Assembly: GCA_035289485.1 (NCBI GenBank) | Contig: DATDXA010000031.1 | Location: 1-64,000, forward strand | Reading direction: 5' to 3' | Length of the DNA: 64,000 nucleotides | Origin: an archaeon | GTDB taxonomy: Archaea > Iainarchaeota > Iainarchaeia > Iainarchaeales > Iainarchaeaceae | Position numbers and translations under genes: made by a program | Notes under the pieces: generated by a model | Told to the model about the DNA's origin: nothing | What the model saw: only the letters and a program-made list of their open reading frames with translations | Database searches by the model: none | Part shown: one piece after another, positions 57,301 through 64,000 of the stretch | How positions within the stretch are numbered: position 1 is the first letter of the stretch | How the letters are laid out: each line of letters begins with the position of its first letter

Positions 57301-57591
57301 ATGCAGCAAGTTCAGATGACAAGAAAAGAAAAAGAATCTCAGGAAACAGAATCCAAGCCAAATTCAAAGGCCCCGATAGCAAAATTCTCCGCAGGAGGAA
57401 TTCAGGTCGCGGTATGGGAAAATGAGGGCAAGGAAGGCTCCTCTTATAGCACCGTCACAATGGACAAGCGATACAAGAGCGGCGAGGAGTGGAAGTCCAC
57501 AAAATCGCTGCGCGCAAACGACCTTCCAAAGGCAATTCTAGTGCTTGAGAAGGCGTATGAGTTCATGGTCCTCAAGGACCTGGATTCCTAG
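57301..57591 (+). CDS. Small protein, possible PC4/Whirly-like ssDNA-binding fold
   Basis: IQVAVWEN...TVTMDKRYK..EEWKST.SL...DLPK: beta strands followed by a helix. Confidence 0.55.
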   Translation: MQQVQMTRKEKESQETESKPNSKAPIAKFSAGGIQVAVWENEGKEGSSYSTVTMDKRYKSGEEWKSTKSLRANDLPKAILVLEKAYEFMVLKDLDS

Positions 57592-57618
57592 TTGCTACGG
57601 GGGCGATATTATTAATTA

Positions 57619-57632
57619 CTATAGCGCTATAG
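57619..57632. promoter_or_regulatory. Palindrome CTATAGCGCTATAG, likely TA operator
   Basis: Perfect 14-bp palindrome 8 nt before the antitoxin ATG. Confidence 0.55.
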
Positions 57633-57640
57633 ACTTAGGT

Positions 57641-57856
57641 ATGCCAGCCGACACAACAACCCTTCAGGTTCAAAAAAAAACAAAAGCACTCCTTGATTTG
57701 CTCAAGGGCACATACGGGAGCAGGACATATGATGACGTTATCCAAAAGCTGGTGATGAAAAAGACCGGCTCCATGGCAGGGAAGTTCAAAATGAAGGGGA
57801 AGAGCACAATGCAGCAGATTATGCGCGGCATGAGGGATGAAAATGACCGTTTCTAG
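57641..57856 (+). CDS. VapB-like ribbon-helix-helix antitoxin
   Basis: TTTLQV.K.TK.LL...TYDDVI.KL; overlaps vapC. Confidence 0.82.
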   Translation: MPADTTTLQVQKKTKALLDLLKGTYGSRTYDDVIQKLVMKKTGSMAGKFKMKGKSTMQQIMRGMRDENDRF

Positions 57857-58229
57857 GCTGCTGCTTGATTCAAGTGCATGGCTAAATTACCTATCAATCG
57901 AGGGTGGGAAAATGAAACCGATTGTTGAAAGTGAGGCAACCGCAATTTTCACTTCCGTAATTTCACTCCATGAAGTGCACAAGGTCCTCTCAAAGGCCGG
58001 AAAAACCCGTGAAGAGCTCGAAAATGCCATTGGTTTTATTGAGGAGAACAGTGCCGTGCTCCCGATATACCGAAACACCGCTTTGGATGCGTCTTCAATT
58101 TCGCTAACGCATGGGCTTCATACAGTTGACAGCATCATCTACGCCGCCGCGCAAGAATCAGGGTGCGAACTGGTCACATTTGACAAGCATTTTAGGGGAA
58201 TGCCAAGTGTCCGGCTCATAAAGGCCTAA
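57837..58229 (+). CDS. vapC: PIN-domain VapC toxin
   Basis: LLDSSAWL, SLHEV, LHTVDSIIYA and TFDKHF motifs. Confidence 0.9.
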   Translation: MKMTVSRLLLDSSAWLNYLSIEGGKMKPIVESEATAIFTSVISLHEVHKVLSKAGKTREELENAIGFIEENSAVLPIYRNTALDASSISLTHGLHTVDSIIYAAAQESGCELVTFDKHFRGMPSVRLIKA

Positions 58230-58240
58230 ACACTGCTGTG

Positions 58241-58258
58241 CCCGCACCGGCACCGAAC
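58241..58258 (-). repeat. Intergenic motif copy 4 (GTTCGGTGCCGGTGCGGG)
   Basis: 17 of 17 identical to copy 2, on the opposite strand. Confidence 0.75.
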
Positions 58259-58404
58259 TCCCTGAATTTCTTTATAAACCTCCAAAGTGTTCTTTGCTTT
58301 GGTGATTTTGAATGTATGAATTTGCAATAGTGAAGTTTTCGGATGAAGAAACAGAAAGCGGTGAACCATGGGTCGCAAATTAGCGGCGGCAGAAAAATAG
58401 TTTT

Positions 58405-58430
58405 ATATGGTTAACCCTATATAACCATAT
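58405..58430. promoter_or_regulatory. Inverted repeat ATATGGTTA-N8-TAACCATAT
   Basis: Immediately upstream of the RHH gene start. Confidence 0.55.
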
Positions 58431-58431
58431 T

Positions 58432-58776
58432 ATGGCTTCAAAATCAATCCAGATACGAAAACCCTCAAGAATGGCAGGCACAAAAATGACGGCGGCAGAA
58501 TACGATAAGGTCCAGGCTTTGGTCGATTCCGGACTTTACCTTAATGTTTCCGACTTCATGAGGGTTGCTGTTCGGGAAAAACTTGACTCAATAGAAATCA
58601 TCAAGCTGCGCGATGTAGATTACAAAACCGCAAAGAAGGAAGTTCTTGCATATTACGAAAAGTTCAGAGAGGCTTACCCTGACGAGGCCGCAAACGACCT
58701 TGGAATTCCGCTCGAAACTGCTGCAAAAATAACTTCTGAGCTGATTAAAGAAAAAAGGCTGGAGGTAATACAATGA
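58432..58776 (+). CDS. RHH plus HTH transcriptional regulator
   Basis: LVDSGLYLNVSDFMRVAVREKL followed by YPDEAANDLGIPLE. Confidence 0.8.
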   Translation: MASKSIQIRKPSRMAGTKMTAAEYDKVQALVDSGLYLNVSDFMRVAVREKLDSIEIIKLRDVDYKTAKKEVLAYYEKFREAYPDEAANDLGIPLETAAKITSELIKEKRLEVIQ

Positions 58777-58955
58777 ATATTCATTATGAGGAAGGGGATG
58801 CGCTCAAAGGAGATTTGATTGTTGCAGAAGCGAGGAAAACCAGCAAGCCAAAATTAGTCATAGGCTCGTCAAGGCACAGGGCGCAGCAGATAATCCTTGA
58901 AGAGAACGCCTTCACCCTGATTAGGAAAAAACTTCGGTTCCTTCCCAAAACCTAA
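58773..58955 (+). CDS. Small hypothetical protein, possibly a remnant
   Basis: GGAGGT SD; 4-nt overlap with the upstream gene. Confidence 0.4.
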   Translation: MNIHYEEGDALKGDLIVAEARKTSKPKLVIGSSRHRAQQIILEENAFTLIRKKLRFLPKT

Positions 58956-58979
58956 AAATCATTCGCGCAAATTATTCTT

Positions 58980-61079
58980 ATGGACATTTTGGAGTTAGTA
59001 AAGAAGCACAACGGCTTCGAATCCTTCAACCCCATGCAGGAAAAGGCAATAGCTGCAGGGCTAGTTGAAAAGAGCATGGTTGTTAGCGCCCCTACCGCTT
59101 CTGGAAAAACCGTTGTTGCGGAAATCGCGGCTCTTAATACCATTCTTAATTTGCGCAAAAAAGTTGTCTACACTTGCCCTTTGCGCGCGCTTGCAACGGA
59201 GCACTCAAATGATTTCAAGCGCAAATACTCAGAAACCCTTTCAATCAAAACCGTGCTGAGCACGGGGGATCTGGACTCAAGTGGCGCCTTTCTCGGCTCG
59301 AAGGATGTAATCTTTAGCACTTATGAAAAACTGGATTCTCTTCTCGTGCACCGCGCTGACTGGCTTTCTAATGTCGGCCTTCTTGTAATTGATGAGATTC
59401 ACACAATAGGTTCTGACCGCGGGCCCACACTTGAGATGCTAATCACCAAGCTTCGATTTGTAAACCCGAAAATGCAGGTGCTCGGGCTCTCCGCAACCAT
59501 TCCAAATGCAAAAGAGCTTGCAAAATGGCTCAGTGCGCAGCTAGTTGAGAGCGATTACCGGCCGGTGAAATTGCGCGAAGGCGTTTTCCTTGAAAGTTCA
59601 ATAACCTTCAAGGATTCAGTTGAGGAAATTGTTCCGGACCGTGAGGATGTTCTTGCAATCGCCGCTGACACTCTCAAAAAAGGAAAACAGGCGCTCGTTT
59701 TCGTAAACACGCGCCGCACAAGTGAATCCATGGCAAAAAAGCTCGCAGCGCTCACGGAAAAAAACCTCAAGCCGAGCGAGAAAATTGTACTTGAGAAGGC
59801 CGCAAAAAGGGCACTCAATGTCCTTGAAACCCCCACAATTCAGTGCGAAACAATAGCTTCTCTAATAAAGAAGGGCGCGTGCTTTCATAACGCGGGACTG
59901 ATGCAAAAGCAGCGCGAAATAATCGAGGAGCTCTTCAAGAGCGGTCATTTAAAATTTATTTCAAGCACGCCAACTTTGGCTCAGGGAATTAACATGCCCG
60001 CCTATAGAGTAATAATGCATTCTCCATATCGCTACACGGGATCCGGAATGCAAAGAATTCCGGTAAGTGAATGGAAACAAATTGCCGGGCGTGCGGGCCG
60101 GCCAAAGTATGATACCACTGGAGAGGCAATTTTGCTCTCCAAAACCGAATTCGAAAGGGACGATTACACTGAGTATTTCATCAATGGAGAAGTGGAACCC
60201 GCGGATTCGCGAATGGGCTCAGAAGCAATGCTCCGTTTCCATTTGCTCTCTGCAATAGCAACAGGTTTCATTTTCGATTTGGAATCTGCGGATAAATTCT
60301 TTTCCGCAACGTTTTATTCACACCAGCTCGGCGGCGTTTCGCAGCTTTTTTCTAAAATAATCTCGATGATTCAATCCCTAAAGGAGATGGGCTTTGTTGA
60401 AACCAGCGAAAAGCGCATCAGCGCAACCCCTCTTGGGCGAAGGGTTGCAGAGCTCTATTTAGATCCGCTTTCCGCGCACGAAATCGTTAACGCGCTAAAA
60501 AGAGCAAAGTTTTCAGACCTCTCATACCTCTACACGATTTCGAATGCTGGCGAATTCCGCCCTCTTCTCAATGCGCCGCGCGCAAAAGAGGGGGAACTCT
60601 GGGAACAATTGCAGGATGACAAGAAATACATCCCCGCAAACATCGATGTTGACATGTTCTCTGACAATGATATGCTCTCAAAGTACTGGACAAGCCTTAT
60701 GCTAAAGGACTGGGTTTCTGAAGTTCGCGAGCAGGAACTAGTTGATTCTTATAAAATCCAGCCGGGAATTTTGCGCGCAAAGCTTCAGAACGCCGACTGG
60801 CTCACTTACTCCTCACTTGAGCTTGCAAAAATGCTCTCACTAGAGGCGCATTTCTCGCCGCTCAATAAAATGCGCAAGAGGCTCCAGTCAGGAATCAAGG
60901 AAGAACTAATCCCGCTTTGCGAACTTCGCGGCATCGGGCGCGTGAGGGCCAGAAGGCTCTGGGGCGTTGGGGTAAAAGGAATTTCAGATGTGAAGCGCAC
61001 TGATGTTAAAGATTTGGGCAAAATTCTCGGAGAAAAGGTTGCGGTAAAGGTAAAGCAGCAGCTTGGGGCAACTAAATAA
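58980..61079 (+). CDS. hel308: Ski2-like helicase Hel308/Hjm
   Basis: APTASGKT, DEIH, LSAT, QIAGRAGRP motifs; C-terminal HhH GIGRVRAR. Confidence 0.95.
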   Translation: MDILELVKKHNGFESFNPMQEKAIAAGLVEKSMVVSAPTASGKTVVAEIAALNTILNLRKKVVYTCPLRALATEHSNDFKRKYSETLSIKTVLSTGDLDSSGAFLGSKDVIFSTYEKLDSLLVHRADWLSNVGLLVIDEIHTIGSDRGPTLEMLITKLRFVNPKMQVLGLSATIPNAKELAKWLSAQLVESDYRPVKLREGVFLESSITFKDSVEEIVPDREDVLAIAADTLKKGKQALVFVNTRRTSESMAKKLAALTEKNLKPSEKIVLEKAAKRALNVLETPTIQCETIASLIKKGACFHNAGLMQKQREIIEELFKSGHLKFISSTPTLAQGINMPAYRVIMHSPYRYTGSGMQRIPVSEWKQIAGRAGRPKYDTTGEAILLSKTEFERDDYTEYFINGEVEPADSRMGSEAMLRFHLLSAIATGFIFDLESADKFFSATFYSHQLGGVSQLFSKIISMIQSLKEMGFVETSEKRISATPLGRRVAELYLDPLSAHEIVNALKRAKFSDLSYLYTISNAGEFRPLLNAPRAKEGELWEQLQDDKKYIPANIDVDMFSDNDMLSKYWTSLMLKDWVSEVREQELVDSYKIQPGILRAKLQNADWLTYSSLELAKMLSLEAHFSPLNKMRKRLQSGIKEELIPLCELRGIGRVRARRLWGVGVKGISDVKRTDVKDLGKILGEKVAVKVKQQLGATK

Positions 61080-61087
61080 ACTCTGGA

Positions 61088-63424
61088 TTACGCCGCCTTC
61101 TCAGCAATTTCCTTCTCAATAAGCGACCTTATCTTCTCCGCATCGAACCCGAGCTTAATGAGCCTTGTCTGGCCCTTGATTCCTTTCCCGGAATTTGTCG
61201 AGTGTATGAGCCCGTACATTTCAAGTTCGGAGATGTATTCGCGGTACCAGCGCGCGCTCACCGTGGTTTCCTTGAATTTTTTTGAAATGCGGCAGTACTC
61301 ATCGTAAATTTCCCCAGAGAACAAAACCCCTTCCTCGCTCTCGCCGGTTATTTTTTGCATCGGTTTTTTGTTCAGCGCAAGCGCCGCAATCGCATACAAA
61401 ACAAGCTGCTGCTGCTCAGGAAGAGTAGAAACCATATTGAAAATTATCTCCTCTTCTACGGTTTTCTTCGCCTTTTTAACTTCGGCATCCGTAACTTTGC
61501 CAAGCGATTTCTTATCGGCAATCTCACCTGCTCGCAGCATGAGCATTACCGCAGTGCGCGCATCCCCAGATTCCTGCGCTGCCACTGCTGCCGCGAGATG
61601 TATTGCGGATTCTTCAATGGTATTTGGCCGAAAAGCCGATTGCACGCGTTGCTTTATGATTTCCGTGAGCTCCTGCGCATTATATGGCGGGAACACAAGC
61701 TCGTGCTCGCAGAGGCTGCTTTTGGTGCGCGGGTCAAGCCTGTCTTTAAACATCACATTGTTTGAAATGCCAATTATTGATATGCCGCCATCCTTTATTT
61801 CATCGTTCGCGCGCGTGAGGCCATAAATTAATTCATCCAGGTCCTTTACTTTATCAACTTCATCCAGTACGAGTATCAGTTGCTTTCCCCTGCGCGCGTA
61901 ATCAACCAGCTTTTCGTAAATGAAAGCCGCGGAAAAGCCCAAAAAATTCTCCTCAGGGTACAATTCCTTTACAATCTTTATGAGGATGCGGTATTTGCTG
62001 TTGTGATTTCTGCAGTTGACGTAATTTCCCTCAATTGGCATGTTCTTTGAGATTGCAAAATCAAGAAGCTGCTGCATCACATGCTTTGTAACCGAAGTTT
62101 TCCCGGTATTATGGGAAATAATTCCATTTGCGATAAAATTATGGTTTTTTGGAACCGTCAAATCATACACAAAATCTTCAAATGCCTCTTCAATCTTTGC
62201 AATTTTTGAGGCGGAAAAGCCCGTTTCATTAATTGGCATTGTTTTGACATACTTTGTAATCATTATCCGCAGCCTTTCTTGTTTTACAGTGCTATAAAAC
62301 CCTATTTTATTGTAAAATTTGAATATGTTTTCCTGTCCCTGTATATATAGTCGGTAGGCGTCAAATATTTTTCCGTTTAATTTGGCTGGCTTGCTTCTGA
62401 CTTTGCATCTGATTCCTTCCTGGTATAAAATATATGCGACCTGCTGCAGGAATTTTTTTGAATTCGAGTAGTACTCTATCTGAAATGTTTGCTGGCTTAC
62501 AGTGCCATCGCCGGAAAACAAAGCCTTCAAAAACTCCCTTTGGATTGTGGGTGAGGCTTGTAAAATCGATTCGGGAACTTCAATAATCCGGCTTTTCTCT
62601 CCAAAAGGGACTCCAAGTGAGTTCAGAGTTTGGCACGCGTTTTGTGAAATCATGTTGACGTGTGCACACCTGTCCTTTGGATAAATTATTGACGGGGTTC
62701 CGCCAAAGACTTTTGCCAAATCCTCCTGCACTTTTTTAAGCAAATTAGCATCAATGCTGAAATATCTATATCTTTGCCTGTCCGCATTATAGTAATAACC
62801 TCTGCCATCCTTTGCTTTTTTCTGTTTTCTATTAAGACTTCCGTCGCTTAAAGTAAAACCCAGCAATCTGGCCAGTGCAAGTGGCATTTCATGGTCATTT
62901 AAGGATGGCAAATCATATCCAAGTGCAAGTTCATCAGCTATCTTCAATTGATTGGACTTTTTCCACTCCATATCCGAAGTTAAAAGAGGATGGTCCCGTG
63001 TAACAGTCAACTCATAGCCGTTTTCAAGTGTTATTTTAAGCAATTTGTCATTATTCTTGTATTTCAGGAAGACAAAATCAGACCACTCATATTTTTTTAT
63101 TTTCTTGTTGAATGTGGCCACTAAATCAGTTAGCATATCAACGTCTCTGATTTTTTTCCACCCATTACTCGTGTAAACAAGGCTGTCGCCTGCAATGCAA
63201 CCCGTTTTTCCGTAAATGAAAACATTGTCGGATTTCTTGCCGCGGATTGATTCTGAGAGGATTGAGGAGATTTGTTCTATATACTTGTCGCGGAAAGGGA
63301 GTATTTTAGGAGTATAATGCGTGGTTATGATGTTTCTGTCCAAAAAAATGGTTTCGCGCGCGAACTCGCGCTCAAAAATGTTCACACGTTCAGAACTAAC
63401 CGTAGATACAGAAGTATTTTGCAA
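61088..63424 (-). CDS. cdc6: Orc1/Cdc6 replication initiator, intein-containing
   Basis: YGKTG|intein|TGKT; YVNC; VLDEVD; LDPRTKSSL; FPPYNA; GDAR; 414 aa after splicing. Confidence 0.95.
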   Translation of the reverse strand: MQNTSVSTVSSERVNIFEREFARETIFLDRNIITTHYTPKILPFRDKYIEQISSILSESIRGKKSDNVFIYGKTGCIAGDSLVYTSNGWKKIRDVDMLTDLVATFNKKIKKYEWSDFVFLKYKNNDKLLKITLENGYELTVTRDHPLLTSDMEWKKSNQLKIADELALGYDLPSLNDHEMPLALARLLGFTLSDGSLNRKQKKAKDGRGYYYNADRQRYRYFSIDANLLKKVQEDLAKVFGGTPSIIYPKDRCAHVNMISQNACQTLNSLGVPFGEKSRIIEVPESILQASPTIQREFLKALFSGDGTVSQQTFQIEYYSNSKKFLQQVAYILYQEGIRCKVRSKPAKLNGKIFDAYRLYIQGQENIFKFYNKIGFYSTVKQERLRIMITKYVKTMPINETGFSASKIAKIEEAFEDFVYDLTVPKNHNFIANGIISHNTGKTSVTKHVMQQLLDFAISKNMPIEGNYVNCRNHNSKYRILIKIVKELYPEENFLGFSAAFIYEKLVDYARRGKQLILVLDEVDKVKDLDELIYGLTRANDEIKDGGISIIGISNNVMFKDRLDPRTKSSLCEHELVFPPYNAQELTEIIKQRVQSAFRPNTIEESAIHLAAAVAAQESGDARTAVMLMLRAGEIADKKSLGKVTDAEVKKAKKTVEEEIIFNMVSTLPEQQQLVLYAIAALALNKKPMQKITGESEEGVLFSGEIYDEYCRISKKFKETTVSARWYREYISELEMYGLIHSTNSGKGIKGQTRLIKLGFDAEKIRSLIEKEIAEKAA
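62108..63199 (-). mobile_element. Intein with LAGLIDADG endonuclease in the Cdc6 Walker A motif (364 aa)
   Basis: G|CIAGDSLV...VTRDHPLL...LLGFTLSDG...FLKALFSGDG...VYDLTV..NHNFIANGIISHN|T. Confidence 0.95.
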
Positions 63425-63541
63425 AATTTTAATCCCCCGAACTCACTTGGACTGAACTGGATTTAAGGGAATTGAGTTGTGGAAGTGAACCACTTCCGAT
63501 ACTGCGTGTTTGCTTTCCTAATTTTGCCTTGTAATTTTTCC

Positions 63542-63823
63542 TTACGCAGGGCTTTCCGGTTTTTGCATTTGCATTTTTTTATTCCTATTATTGGCTGCAA
63601 TCAATCTCTGGTGCGCATCAACTGCGGCCGCATAATTCTTTCTGAGCGGCTCCAATTCGGCTTCCGGACGCTCGTCAGCTGCACGTAGCGCCCTTAGCGC
63701 CCGATTCTTGGCTTCTTTTAGCGCCGCAAGGTCGGCAGGCGGCTTTGCAGGCTCAATATGCGGATGCACAACTGTCTCAGCCGGGCTTAGAGGCCCTTTT
63801 CTTGGGAATAATCGCATTCTCAT
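63542..63823 (-). CDS. Hypothetical basic orphan protein
   Basis: 93 aa; TTTAAAT about 25 nt upstream. Confidence 0.5.
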   Translation of the reverse strand: MRMRLFPRKGPLSPAETVVHPHIEPAKPPADLAALKEAKNRALRALRAADERPEAELEPLRKNYAAAVDAHQRLIAANNRNKKMQMQKPESPA

Positions 63824-64000
63824 GTCATCAATTGCCGTTTATCTGATTTAAATCCTTTTTGTGTTATGTATTTTCTGAGAACTTGCCTCATGTCAGAAAT
63901 CAAATTCAAGGTTTTTGGCGCGGGGAAAGCCTTAAAATATAGTTAATGTGTATTAGTATCAATAAGTTCTCATTTCTAGAAGGGGTGATTGTATTGGCTT

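Noticed and set aside
1..64000. rRNA, tRNA, transposase or integrase genes
   Set aside because: None recognised; non-coding gaps are short and lack the signatures

Overview
This is gene-dense archaeal chromosomal DNA, probably from a DPANN lineage such as Diapherotrites/Iainarchaeota (an inference from gene content and style). Archaeal core genes include Cdc6/Orc1, Hel308, aCPSF1 next to the proteasome beta subunit, NAC, Taw1, AK6, a RecJ-like DHH nuclease and a PRC-barrel protein. They are mixed with bacterial-type metabolic genes (CoaD, CoaE, type I GAPDH). The window also holds a complete type IV pilus locus (14.9-27 kb), a tandem triplet of paralogous pilins with one stopped at codon 3, four toxin-antitoxin pairs, and two LAGLIDADG inteins in uncommon hosts (aCPSF1 and the Cdc6 Walker A motif). 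No rRNA, tRNA or CRISPR array was seen. The best candidate for an undescribed system is at 1-4.9 kb. There, a secreted Cys-rich subunit and a membrane-anchored protein share an N-terminal strand motif, a LamG protein shares the subunit's C-terminal motif, and two QPEFYP paralogs lie between them. This is the layout expected of a donor-strand-exchange fibre. Other unexplained signals are a 15-17 bp intergenic motif whose four copies switch strand across the window, and diverged direct repeats containing a dif/Xer-like site that flank a MazF module at 47.1-47.9 kb. All calls come from reading motifs by eye; no database searches were run.
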